From an uncultured virus (IMG/VR IMGVR_UViG_3300023105_000021) (lineage: Duplodnaviria > Heunggongvirae > Uroviricota > Caudoviricetes), in the IMG/VR virus record IMGVR_UViG_3300023105_000021: 64,000 bases of DNA; one strand, written 5' to 3'. A model generated the notes under the pieces. That model was not told where the DNA came from. It searched no databases and worked only from the letters and a program-made list of their open reading frames with translations. The position numbers were made by a program, and so were the translations under genes. Below are positions 39,978 through 51,500 of the stretch, one piece after another; position 1 is the first letter of the stretch; each line of letters starts with the position of its first letter.

Positions 39978-42900
39978 CTATTGCAAATCACCGCGTGTAG
40001 GATCGACAAATGTCTTAAAGAAATAAGCCATTGCAAGTCCGTCTCCTGCCCAAGCTGCTGTTGGTCCTTCTACCATTGCTTTGGTTCCGATTTTAACTTG
40101 CCAATCTTCACCACCTTCAGGTATTGAAGATGTAATTTCGTCTGGTCCGCCTACTTTAACAGTACCTGCTTGTAGCAAACCTGTAAATGTGTCTGAACCA
40201 CCTTGTGACAACCTACTTGCTAAGTAAGTTCTAATTGCCCTCTGTGTTGGTACAATATTATTTGAGTTAGCAACAAATGTACCGTCTGTGCTAAACTCTG
40301 TAATAACAGTAGGTGATCCGCCAAGTGCAACACCACCGATACTCAATTCTGTCAGACCTTCAAGTCCAAACTCTGATGCACTCAAAGTAACAACACCAGT
40401 TGCCTGCTCAACTGCAAACAAGTCACCTACTCTAAAGTTACCATCTTGGTCTGTGCTTGAATAAAACACACGACCGTTATTTGTCTCTTGGACTTCATCC
40501 TGTGGCTCTAGTCCTGTATCTACTGGTAAGTTAGGATAGTTAGATTGTATTTCGTTACCAAAACCAATGTTTAGGAAGTCGTGGTTAGTAATACGACATT
40601 GACTAAATCTTGAACGTATGGTAAACGGTGTATCATTTTCAGGGGCTGTTTCTTGTGTAAGTTGTGGACTAATTGATATTAATGCTTCTAGATTTGGAAC
40701 TTCTGTTCCTCTTAATCTAGTTGCACTTGCAACTCTATAAATTTCTGGATTCCCGTCAAACTGTAAATTATCACCTGGAGCAGGGAATCTAGTAATTCCT
40801 TTTGCAATAAATTCTAATCCAGTTTGGAACGAATCTGAGAAGCCATCACCTCTAATCGCAATAGCAGTAGATGTTGAATTATACCCACTACCTTGACTTA
40901 TAAATGTTGGAGCTCCTAGTGTTCCGTCGCCAATTCTTATTTGTATAAGAGCTTCTTCTGAATTGTTAGGGTCTGTAATAGTAACTCCAGGGCCAAAACT
41001 GTCATCAGTATAACCAGAACCTGTTTCTAATAAACTAATTCCAGTAATTCTAGCATTACTAACAGATGCTCTGCCAAATGCTTTACATCCTGCTCTAGCT
41101 TTATATGCAGAACTGCCGAATTCATCTATAGTCATAAACCAACCTTTGTTAGTATTTCGATCAATGCCAAAAGCACAAACATCATAATCGCCGCCGACTG
41201 TATCTGTTTCTTGATCCCAGGTATAACCGTCTGGCGATGTATAACAGATTCCTGTATCTGGGTTAATCACTACAAAAACGCCTTGACCATATTTAATAAA
41301 TGATCCGCTAACATCTACATTAGAAGCATACCAATTTATGCCATTAAAGCTATATGCTGAAGGTCTGTCGTCTCTAGATATTGCTACAAATCTTCCGTTT
41401 CCAAATTCAACACTGCTCCAGTTGTCAATAGTACTTCCGTCGCCATCTTCTCTTAGAGTCATTCCAATCCAAGTAACGCCTCCGTCTGTAGAATATTTTC
41501 CAATGTCGTTTGATCTAGAAATAACTACAAATGTTTCTTTACCATAAGTAATATCGATCCAGTCTTCGTCACCAATAGCTGGTGAAACTACACTAGTCCA
41601 TGTAATACCATTGTTATTACTATAAGCAATTTGTGATCCGCCGTTTGCTACAGCAACAAAAGTTCCGTTACCGTATGTTACCGCTGCATAGTTTAGACCA
41701 CCTAAACTAGGTAAGTCTACTGATAACCATGTTAACCCATCAGCTGCTGAAACTAGACAATCTGTTCCATCAGCTGACAAAATAAACCAAGTGTTATTGC
41801 CGTAACACGCATCTACCCAACCGCCATTAGTACCAGGAGTGCCTGATATAGGTAATGTATAAACTTCGTCCCAGTCAGTATAATCACTAGTTCCTAAAAC
41901 AGTATCACCCTGACGAGGTATTGCAAGCATTTTATATCCGTCACTTACAATAGCACAGAATCCTAAGCCGTCGCCGCCTTGTATAGTTGGTAGTAACTCA
42001 ACATAAAAGTTTGGTTTATCAAATGTAATTCTTGGTTCAATAATATAAACTGATGTAGAGTCAAACTGTGTAACTAAAGGAGTTCCTGCATTAATGTGAT
42101 CCCAACCAACTTCGTTGATTTGCATAGAACCAGTTTCGTCAATTAATGTTACATCCGGGCCGCCTTCTGTTTCAGAAATTGTAATTTCGTATGATGAATT
42201 CGTATCAGTTTTAGAAGTTACAAAATATTTTGTTCCTTCTACGATGCCGCCAAATATTTCTGTAAAGAATGATCCTTCCATTGCATCTCTACCAGCTTCT
42301 AATACTAGTTTAGTGCCAGTTGTTTGGCCGTTCATTGTTCCTGTGGTTGTAGTTAACACAATTTCGTCTAATACCGTAGTAACAATTACATTACCGACTG
42401 CTGTTGTTAATGGAACGGCTGCGCCTCCTGGTGTTTCGGAAATTGTAAATGATGTAGCATCGTTAACAACCTGTATATAGTAAACTTCATCATTATCAAG
42501 TTGTCCAAATGTTACACCTGTAAACTTAATAGGAGCATTTACAATAAATCCGGCTGTACTATCAACTGTTATAAGGTTTGATATGCCTTCAGTTGCTGTT
42601 GCTGTAGTTGTAATTATATCACTTGCTAAGGTAAAGTTTGTCCCATTTAAAATACTATTAACATAATATTTTGTTTTTTCTTGTAAGCCGCCTAGTATGG
42701 TTCCTTCTTTAAAAATAATAGGGTTTAATGAATTTAAGCCTGAAGTATCAGCAATAGTAAGACTGTTATCAACTGCACTAGATGCTGTTACTTCAATCGG
42801 TAATAGTGCTTCTGAAATTGCAAACTCAGTATCATTATAAACTTCATGAATATAATAGGTAGCACCTAGTTCAACGCCGCCGATTGATTTACCTGTAAAT

Positions 42901-45900
42901 TGTATAGGAAGTGTTACCTCCATATTAGCAGTTGTATCTGCTTCTAAGAAGCTAGTTTGATCTGGATAGTTTAATGTAAATGGCGGAATTTCTCCTGTTA
43001 ATACAATCGGAGAATCATCTGGATCCTCAATGTTTACGTTTGATAACGGCCATACAGCACCGCCTAGTGATGTCGAAATTTGGATTGTTCTGTCGTCAAT
43101 TACGTCAATAATATAATAATCAAAACCAACAATAACGCCGCCAAATGTTGTACCACTAAAGTTAATTTTTTGTCCTATACGTAATCTAGCAGTACTGTCA
43201 ACGTACATGTAGTTATTTAAATCTCCTAATGTACCTAAAACATTTACTCCGCTTTGTGAAGAACTTAGTACGTCTATATTATAAAATGTAGGTGTAAATT
43301 CTATTTTTTGTCCTACAAAAATTCCATGAAAATCTGTATTAGGTCCAAATATAAGAGTATTATCAGCAGTGTTTACTGCTACAATTTCTTGCTGATCAAA
43401 AGATTCTTTAACAACAGATGCATACTTAGTAACTGGATCATAATTTGAAATAATACCATATTGACCAGCTCCAATACCTGACTGTACAACTAATCTCATA
43501 CCTTCATATTCTGTTGCTGTTGCTACTTCTGATTGTGCTAATATTAAAAGTTCTGTGCTGCCGCCTTGAGCATTATTTGACTGAATATTGTAACCTAAAC
43601 CGCCTAATCTAACTGTTTCGCTTTCAAGAATTCTTGACTGGAATATTGATCCAGTTCTTACTTCGTCTGCAATTACTTTAACTCCTGTACCAGCACCTGT
43701 TATATTGATATTGGCATGTACCGTTGGTGTACTGTCAGTATTTTCTACAAAATAATCTGGAGTATCGCCTATTAATATTTGAGCTCCGTAAAAATTTGTA
43801 TACCCAGCAATACCGTCAATTCCTCGAGGATAAACTCGCATTGTTAAATTTGTATTTTGTGCTGTTTCGTCAAATATTGAATATGAAAGTCTCCACCAAC
43901 CGTCTTCTAAGAAGTCGGCTCGAAGATCAGTTGGGTCATTTAAATTTCCTAATTGAGATAATGTTGTAAATTCCTCTGTATCAAAATTAAAACGACAACT
44001 ATATGTTTTTTCTTCTCCTGGTGTAGGCGATCCACTAAAAATTCCTTCTAAATCAAAATAAGCAGTGTCTCCTTTTTTAGCATGAATACTAACATTATAT
44101 TTTAATGCAGATCCTAAAGGAACTGTACCTTCATGATTAATTCCAGAAATTGCTGTAATACTCAAATCTTGCACTGTAACCGTAATATCATTTTCTGGTG
44201 ATCGTCCGCCGAAATTTCGACCGTCTATTTGTATTTGATTACCAATAACATAACCGCTGCCGCCGTTATTAACTGTTACCTCATAGCTTTCAGCAAGAAC
44301 TTTAACATCAAATGTTGCTTCAATACCAGAACCGCTAATATTTGTTCCCGCAACATTTGTATAAGTTCTTCCTTGAGGTCCAATACCAATTTGTTGTTCA
44401 AAATATGCACTGTCAGTTAGAGAAGTATTTGCAGTTACTCTCCAAGCAAATTCGTTTTCATAAGGAGTAGTATTTGCACGTATAACACTAATATTTGAGT
44501 CATTGGTCCAAACAGAATCTAATAGATCGTTTGTATAAGTTAATAAGTTTGTGACCTTTTTAAAGTATTCTGATCCGCCATGTGTATATTGTATTTTTAA
44601 TATTTCAGAATTTGCACCTAACGCAGAAACTGCTTCAGCTGTTGCTTCTCCTGATTTGTTGTTAATTATACCAGTTGCAGGAGTTTCTGAATCGTCAAAT
44701 CCTTCTGAAATAACACCAAAAGTACCATAAGATGAGTTACCATTTGTTGCACGAATTTTTGCTCCGTCTTCTGCAAAGTAACCTGCATAGTTATAATAAG
44801 AGAACACAGAAACACATTCTGTTAATGCATCGCCACCTTTACACCAAATACCAATACCATCTGAAATAATTTGTGTAAAGTCGTTTGATACCATTGAACG
44901 ATTTCCGCCATTGTGTAATGTTGAGTCAATTTTACAACCAGTACATCCTTTACCGAACGTAGTTACGTTTTGAATATAAGGAGATTTATATGTAATCCAG
45001 GCTTCAGTATCGTCTGGTCCTTTGCCTGGATCAAGTGCTACATATGCACCTCCAGTTGGACGTCTTGTTAAGTATTCGTTTTCTTCTGTTAATGTACCAC
45101 GTAAACCTTTGACAGTTAAATTTCTAATACCTGTAGCGTTACGCACACGGAACATATCTTTAAGAGCATTACCTCCATATACATACATTCCGCCAATGTT
45201 TGTTTGTAATTCAACACTTGGTCCGTCTGGTACTTCAGAAACACTGAATGTTGTATCAGTAATCGAGTCGCCAATAACATAATAAGTTTGTCCTGCAACA
45301 ACATTACCAATTATAGTACTAATTTCGTCAATTGGATTTAATGAAACAAATTGTACCGGAGAATTATGTACCATATTACGTGTTGATCCTACAGTAAACA
45401 CATTAATATCGCCTGTTGTTCGTGTACATAAAGTATTAATAGGATTAGCAGGTTGTATTGTTGTACCACGTAGTTCGTCACCATTAATTGCTGTGTTAGC
45501 AGGAACAACAATCGGAAGTTCTTCAAGATATGTTCCAGATTTTACATTAATTGTACAGTATGCTCCTTCGTTTGCAGACGGAATGTTATCAGGTGATCCT
45601 GCAACAAATGATTCTACATATATTCTTTCAAGTGCTCTGACTATTGTAAGTGTATCGCTTTCTAATGTTAAACTACTATTAATATATTGTGTTACAATGC
45701 CATTGTCTAATGGCCTTCCTAGTCTATCAGATTCTAGCTGTTGATAACTTGTTGACGACAGTGTGTTTGTAAGAGCTTTTTCAATATTATTAAATAATTC
45801 TACAAAGTAAACTATAAAATAAGGTGCTTGTGCTGCAATTTCTTCGTTAGTAAACTTGTTTGTACTTTCTAAATCAAAATAAGAAAGGGCTGCTGCAACA

Positions 45901-47828
45901 GTTTGAGAGTTGCCACCTTTTTTCAAATCTTTAACTACTGCGTCAATAATTTGACGAGTATCTCTTATAACCTTATCATTATCAAAGTTTACAGAATCAG
46001 CAAACGGCTCGGTTCCTTGGTTTTGCTGATACAAGAACCAGTAAAAAGTTTCTTGTGTAATCCACTCTTTGTTTCTTTCTATTAGCTCTTTAGCATTTTG
46101 TTGTAAAGTTCCTTCTAAAACTCTTTCACATGCGTACTTAACAGTTTTCCATGCAGTGTCAGGTGTTGTTCCGTATGTTGGTACATCTAAACCGTTTATT
46201 GCAACATAATAAACATTTGTAGTAAAGTTAATGTCACTCCAAGTAGGCAATCCATTTACAACTTTTAAAATACTTGCTTCGTCGCCTATTGGTAGTGCAA
46301 TGTTTCCTTCGTTGCTATCAAATGTAACTAATTCACCTGGTTGACTTAAACTATTTCTTTGATCATGTTGTAAATAAATTACCCAATAATTAGTTTGAAA
46401 ATCTACATCAGGTCTATTAACTAAAGCCGAAGTGTGTTCTCTAATAGCTCTGTATGTTGCATTTCCGTAATATACAACATCGTCAATATTATATAGAGAT
46501 CCTTCAGCCCAACGACCTTCCCAGTTAAATCCTGGTATTAACAGTTCCCAATATGCAAAATTAGTACCTACAAAAGTTAACACAGCTTCGTCAGATATTG
46601 TGCCGTCTGGCGCATAGTTTAATGTTACTGTAATTAATTTTGTTTCTTCGTCAACACTAACAGTTTCAACTTGTTGTCCACTAGCAAATCCTTCGCCGAT
46701 AACTGTCATACCAACTGTTATAGCACCTAGATTCACAGAATCTTCTGCGTTTAAAACTAGAGTAGTGCCTGACGATCCTTCTGCTTCAAATGGTATAGTA
46801 ACTTCAAAGTTTCCAGGATTTTGACCTACGCTGTCTGTTAGTGCAACATATAAATCTCCGCCATAATTTACAATACTACCGATTTTATATTCTTTGTCTA
46901 CTACCCAATCACCTTCAATATCGTATGCTTGTGTAATAACTTCCCAAGCATCGGTAGAATCTTCACCGTAGTTAGTTGAAGGACGATTTCCTAAGTTATT
47001 AATAATTTTACTTTGGAATAGATAACCACCATATAATACAACATCACCTGGTTGATAGAATGTGTCAACATCCCATACATTATCAAAGTCTAACCCTGGA
47101 AGCCATAATTCCCAGTACTCACTAATAAATGTATCTGCAAACTCTGTGTTAACTGAATCGTCAAATCCAATTCCTGGTGCATGTCCCCAAATGCATTTAT
47201 ATAAACTAGGACCGTACTTTACAACGTCATTTAATTTGTATCTAACTGTTGCGCTATCTTCTGAAAATGTAGTATATTTTCCTCTGTACTGTACACCATA
47301 CTGAGATAACTTCCAATATCTTTCAGTACTATCTTCAATGTCTGTATAATCAGCTTCTAATCCTTCTAAATCTGTTGCAGCAGATACATGAGCAATAGTA
47401 CATTCGTAAGCTGAACCGCCATAGTTTACAATGTCGCCCGGACCATATGTTGTATTAGATGTCCATTCACTTTTCCAAGTTTTAGACTCCGCATATACGT
47501 CCCACTTGTCAATGTCTGGATCAATTATACTTGCACTAAGATGTTCTTCATTACATTTATAAACAACACCACCGAAAATTACAATATTATCTAATGCATA
47601 TCTTTTAAACTGTTCCCAAGGTCCTTTCCAGGTTTGCCCTGTCATCATTAGTTCCCATCTAGGTTCAACAGCGTTTAAATCATTGTTAAATCCATTTGAT
47701 GTATGAGGAATCAAACAAACATATGCTTTACCTTCGTATTGTACAATTTCGTCTTTGTTATAAACGTATTGATCTTGCCAGGGGCCTACCCAACTAAATC
47801 TTAATCTGCTAATTTTAAATTCTGACAT
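39978..47828 (-). CDS. Giant 2616-aa virion/appendage protein, paralog of the 3740-aa protein
   Basis: Same N-terminus (EFK..R.RF.W.G.W), same IQNVTTFG.GC.GCKID, NDFTQ..SDGIG.W, HDFL.IG.GN and STDQDGNF.VG motifs. Confidence 0.85.
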   Translation of the reverse strand: MSEFKISRLRFSWVGPWQDQYVYNKDEIVQYEGKAYVCLIPHTSNGFNNDLNAVEPRWELMMTGQTWKGPWEQFKRYALDNIVIFGGVVYKCNEEHLSASIIDPDIDKWDVYAESKTWKSEWTSNTTYGPGDIVNYGGSAYECTIAHVSAATDLEGLEADYTDIEDSTERYWKLSQYGVQYRGKYTTFSEDSATVRYKLNDVVKYGPSLYKCIWGHAPGIGFDDSVNTEFADTFISEYWELWLPGLDFDNVWDVDTFYQPGDVVLYGGYLFQSKIINNLGNRPSTNYGEDSTDAWEVITQAYDIEGDWVVDKEYKIGSIVNYGGDLYVALTDSVGQNPGNFEVTIPFEAEGSSGTTLVLNAEDSVNLGAITVGMTVIGEGFASGQQVETVSVDEETKLITVTLNYAPDGTISDEAVLTFVGTNFAYWELLIPGFNWEGRWAEGSLYNIDDVVYYGNATYRAIREHTSALVNRPDVDFQTNYWVIYLQHDQRNSLSQPGELVTFDSNEGNIALPIGDEASILKVVNGLPTWSDINFTTNVYYVAINGLDVPTYGTTPDTAWKTVKYACERVLEGTLQQNAKELIERNKEWITQETFYWFLYQQNQGTEPFADSVNFDNDKVIRDTRQIIDAVVKDLKKGGNSQTVAAALSYFDLESTNKFTNEEIAAQAPYFIVYFVELFNNIEKALTNTLSSTSYQQLESDRLGRPLDNGIVTQYINSSLTLESDTLTIVRALERIYVESFVAGSPDNIPSANEGAYCTINVKSGTYLEELPIVVPANTAINGDELRGTTIQPANPINTLCTRTTGDINVFTVGSTRNMVHNSPVQFVSLNPIDEISTIIGNVVAGQTYYVIGDSITDTTFSVSEVPDGPSVELQTNIGGMYVYGGNALKDMFRVRNATGIRNLTVKGLRGTLTEENEYLTRRPTGGAYVALDPGKGPDDTEAWITYKSPYIQNVTTFGKGCTGCKIDSTLHNGGNRSMVSNDFTQIISDGIGIWCKGGDALTECVSVFSYYNYAGYFAEDGAKIRATNGNSSYGTFGVISEGFDDSETPATGIINNKSGEATAEAVSALGANSEILKIQYTHGGSEYFKKVTNLLTYTNDLLDSVWTNDSNISVIRANTTPYENEFAWRVTANTSLTDSAYFEQQIGIGPQGRTYTNVAGTNISGSGIEATFDVKVLAESYEVTVNNGGSGYVIGNQIQIDGRNFGGRSPENDITVTVQDLSITAISGINHEGTVPLGSALKYNVSIHAKKGDTAYFDLEGIFSGSPTPGEEKTYSCRFNFDTEEFTTLSQLGNLNDPTDLRADFLEDGWWRLSYSIFDETAQNTNLTMRVYPRGIDGIAGYTNFYGAQILIGDTPDYFVENTDSTPTVHANINITGAGTGVKVIADEVRTGSIFQSRILESETVRLGGLGYNIQSNNAQGGSTELLILAQSEVATATEYEGMRLVVQSGIGAGQYGIISNYDPVTKYASVVKESFDQQEIVAVNTADNTLIFGPNTDFHGIFVGQKIEFTPTFYNIDVLSSSQSGVNVLGTLGDLNNYMYVDSTARLRIGQKINFSGTTFGGVIVGFDYYIIDVIDDRTIQISTSLGGAVWPLSNVNIEDPDDSPIVLTGEIPPFTLNYPDQTSFLEADTTANMEVTLPIQFTGKSIGGVELGATYYIHEVYNDTEFAISEALLPIEVTASSAVDNSLTIADTSGLNSLNPIIFKEGTILGGLQEKTKYYVNSILNGTNFTLASDIITTTATATEGISNLITVDSTAGFIVNAPIKFTGVTFGQLDNDEVYYIQVVNDATSFTISETPGGAAVPLTTAVGNVIVTTVLDEIVLTTTTGTMNGQTTGTKLVLEAGRDAMEGSFFTEIFGGIVEGTKYFVTSKTDTNSSYEITISETEGGPDVTLIDETGSMQINEVGWDHINAGTPLVTQFDSTSVYIIEPRITFDKPNFYVELLPTIQGGDGLGFCAIVSDGYKMLAIPRQGDTVLGTSDYTDWDEVYTLPISGTPGTNGGWVDACYGNNTWFILSADGTDCLVSAADGLTWLSVDLPSLGGLNYAAVTYGNGTFVAVANGGSQIAYSNNNGITWTSVVSPAIGDEDWIDITYGKETFVVISRSNDIGKYSTDGGVTWIGMTLREDGDGSTIDNWSSVEFGNGRFVAISRDDRPSAYSFNGINWYASNVDVSGSFIKYGQGVFVVINPDTGICYTSPDGYTWDQETDTVGGDYDVCAFGIDRNTNKGWFMTIDEFGSSAYKARAGCKAFGRASVSNARITGISLLETGSGYTDDSFGPGVTITDPNNSEEALIQIRIGDGTLGAPTFISQGSGYNSTSTAIAIRGDGFSDSFQTGLEFIAKGITRFPAPGDNLQFDGNPEIYRVASATRLRGTEVPNLEALISISPQLTQETAPENDTPFTIRSRFSQCRITNHDFLNIGFGNEIQSNYPNLPVDTGLEPQDEVQETNNGRVFYSSTDQDGNFRVGDLFAVEQATGVVTLSASEFGLEGLTELSIGGVALGGSPTVITEFSTDGTFVANSNNIVPTQRAIRTYLASRLSQGGSDTFTGLLQAGTVKVGGPDEITSSIPEGGEDWQVKIGTKAMVEGPTAAWAGDGLAMAYFFKTFVDPTRGDLQ

Positions 47829-47857
47829 TTATGCGGTTCCTAATTTATTTTACATAT

Positions 47858-48235
47858 TTATGTGACTATCTGTGATGGCAAATAATTGTAAGCCTGATTA
47901 ATTCTAACTACTAATTCGCCTTCGTCGTTAACATAATAATACATATTTTTGTTATCCCAGCGATATTGATCCCATTGTAAATTTGTGTACGGACGACTAT
48001 GATCTTCTTCTAGACGACCGTCAAAAAAGTCAACACCATATTCAAACTCAGTAAAATCATCTGCTGACTTTCCTGGATTATTAACTGTAATTGTATCAAC
48101 GTCCTTTAACTGATCAATTTTTGCAAAAAACAAAGTACCGTCCTCTGTTCTTCTTAAGGCATAAAAGTATCTAGGTTGACCTACGCCTAGTAATTCTGTT
48201 ATACTTGGTGTTCCACCTACGTAAAATGCTGACAT
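47858..48235 (-). CDS. Hypothetical virion-region protein
   Basis: 125-aa ORF with AGGAG RBS, in operon. Confidence 0.65.
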   Translation of the reverse strand: MSAFYVGGTPSITELLGVGQPRYFYALRRTEDGTLFFAKIDQLKDVDTITVNNPGKSADDFTEFEYGVDFFDGRLEEDHSRPYTNLQWDQYRWDNKNMYYYVNDEGELVVRINQAYNYLPSQIVT

Positions 48236-48246
48236 ACTTTATCTCC

Positions 48247-48576
48247 TTATACAATCTCTACTGTACTCATAATAACATCGACGCTATCGTCTACGTTAGA
48301 AGTAACATACAAATTATTCTCTGGAGTAAGAATTAATTTTTCTCCTCCATTTAGTACTCTTAAACTAGCATTTGGCGGCAGTACAATTTCTTTAGCATAA
48401 TATCCTGTAGTACTAGCTTCGTCTCTTAATTCAACATCTACTAGTACAGTTCCGCTTGTGATATTAGCTAAACTAAATCCTACTACTGTTACTCTTGCGT
48501 TTTCGTTAGTTGCAAGTACTTCTGTTCTTTGTGTTCCTATGTTAGGTACTACTTTGTTTTTAAATGTTGTTGCCAT
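48247..48576 (-). CDS. Small beta-rich virion protein (paralog family A)
   Basis: 109 aa; VVGFSLANIT, LPPNASL..LNGGEKLIL. Confidence 0.65.
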   Translation of the reverse strand: MATTFKNKVVPNIGTQRTEVLATNENARVTVVGFSLANITSGTVLVDVELRDEASTTGYYAKEIVLPPNASLRVLNGGEKLILTPENNLYVTSNVDDSVDVIMSTVEIV

Positions 48577-48580
48577 ATCT

Positions 48581-51500
48581 TTATCCTAATACCAATACTG
48601 TTGCTAGTGCAATTTCTTCTGCATCACCTCTAGTAATACCTGCTCCAGAACCCGCAACAGATACCCAGTTACTTCCGTCAAATATTTCAACACGACTATC
48701 GTCAGTATTAAAACGCATTTGTCCTACTTCAACAAATCCTGCAGGAGGTCTATCAACGCTTGCACCTACTGGAATAACAACACCATATGTGCCGTCAAAC
48801 TTTACATAACCGTTTCCAGTATTTTCAAATAATGTAACACTGTCACTTACTGTGTTTGTAATTGTAGAACTTTCAAATGCAAAATTGTCAAATCTTACTC
48901 TACCTGCACCGTTTGCAGACAAACGCAAATCAGTGTCAACTGTGCTAGTTGTTATAACATTGCCGTCGATTTCAACATCGTCAACAATCACTTTCGGTGC
49001 GTTTAATCCAGAATCGTTAACAGTTACAATAGTACTACCTTGAACATCAAATCTAATTACACCGTCATTAGCTCCTTCAGTTAACTCAGCAGTAACTTTT
49101 GTATCGCCGTCTAAATCTTCTACACCTTTTAGATTAATCCAATTTGTTCCGTTATAACCTTCAAAGCGTGATAAGTCTGTATTATAACGAACTTGTCCTG
49201 TTACTTCTGCAGGACGTTCTAATGTTGTACCTGCAGGTAATTTTAATGCACCTGTACCATTAATTATAATATTACCGCTACCAGGTGTTAAATTTAAATC
49301 ATTAGTTGTAGTAATAGTAGATCCATTAACATCAAAATCATCAATAATAATAGATCCGGTTCCGTTTGCACGTAGTTCTAAATTACTATTACTTAATGTA
49401 GTAGTAATAAAATTGTCATCAATTAATATATCACCTGTTGAAAATGAATTAGACTGTATACTATTTGAAACGTTAATATTTTGAACTGAAACTGTATTAC
49501 CTACTGATAAATTATTTTCAATTAATAAATCGTTTTCAGGGATATAAACATTTCCTGTTCCGTTTGCACGTAGTTCTAAATTACTATTACTTTCAGTTGT
49601 AGTAATTTTATTACCGGTAACTTGTATATCTTCAAATTGTATAACACTTGCGCTAATAATAACTTCACCAGTTACATCTAGGTTACCAGTTAAATTAATA
49701 TTACCTGTTTGAGTAGTATTACCGGTATGTGTTACATTTCCTACAATATTAGTAGTTTTTAAATTAGTATTACCATTTACAGTTAAATCGTTTTCAATAA
49801 CAACATTATTGCTCGGAACAACTACTTCGCCAGTTCCGTTAGCACGTAATTCTAAGTTTGAATTAGTTTGAGTAGTTGTAATAAAATTATCATCGATTAA
49901 TATATCGCCAGTACTAAATCTGTTTGCAGTAATTGTTCCTGCACTATTAATATCTCCAACAGTAATTGTTCCTTCAACAATTAAATCGTTTGATATAACT
50001 AAATCATTATTAGGAATTAATATTTCACCAAACTGTGTAGCTCTTAATTCTAAATCCGAAGTGCTAATTGTTGTAGTAATAAAATTATCATCAATTTGAA
50101 TATTTTCAAATTGTGCAGCATCGGAAATAGTAATATTTCCAGTAATACCTAAGTTACCAGTTAAATTAATATTACCTGTTTGAGTAGTATTGCCTGTTTG
50201 TGTTACATCTCCTACTATAGAAACACTTTGTAAACTTGTTGTTCCTTTAACTGTAAAATCTTCGTTTGCAAGTATATCATTATTAGGAATAAAAACTCGT
50301 CCAGTTCCGTTAGCACGTAAATCTAGATCGCTATTTGATTGAGTAGTTTCTATATAGTTGTCTTGTATTAAAATATTATCTGATGCAAAGCTGTCAGCTG
50401 TAATTTGTCCAACTAGTGTAAGATTATTAGCAGTAATATCGTTGCTAACTGTTAAATCATTTGTAATTTCTACATCATTATTTGGTACAAATATTTTTCC
50501 AGTTCCACTAGCACGTAATTCTAAATCTGCATTTGAGCTAGTAGTTGTAATATAGTTGTCATCAATTAATATTTCTTCAAACTGTGCTGCACCAGTTATA
50601 TCTACGTCTTGAGTTACTGTAAGATTGCCATCAACAGTTGTATTACCAGTTTGATTTAAATCGCCTACTAGAGTAAGTGTTCCGGTAACACTTGTATCTG
50701 ACAAGGTTGTTGTTCCACTTACTGTTAAGTTATTATCAATTTGTACATTATTACTTGGAACAACTACTTCGCCAGTTCCGTTAGCACGTAATTCTAAATC
50801 GCTATTAGATAAACGTGTTTCAATGTAATTTTCACGTATTTGAATATCGTCTACATTAATTTCATTTATGTATAAATTTTTCCAAGTTTTAGTTACAGTA
50901 CCTAAACTATAAGTGCTTGCAGTTTTTGGAATAATGTCTGAGTCAATACCTGCAATAATTTGAATAGTGTCAGTTGCTTCATCACCAATTGTAATATTGC
51001 CTCCGATAGTAACATCACCTGTTACATCAAGACTTCCAGTAACATTTACATCAGCATTAAGATTAATTTCACCACTACCTGCTGCAAAGTTAGCATCTTG
51101 TGTTAATGTTTCTACAGTGTTGCCGCTTATGCGCCAATCACCTGTTTCAATCTTAGTACCGTCAACAAAAGTAGTATCGCTTCCTGTAACAAATGTTACA
51201 CCATTGTCTGTATTAATTTCAAAATCACTTACTGCAAATGTTACACTACCTGTTTCTTGATTAACGTAGAATAAGTCTCCAACTCTAAAGTCGCCTTTGT
51301 GATCAACTGAGTTATAACGTATTTTTGCACCTTGTGATTCAACAACTTCGTTTGCTTGGATAACAGTCTCGGTGTCATTAGTAACTTCTTTACCGTTGCC
51401 AATGTAAGCAAGGTTGTGTCCAATAGCATACATAATAACACCCGGACCTTGTCCAACAAGTCCAAAGTTACCGTAAACTGATGCAGAAGCAATTAAGCGT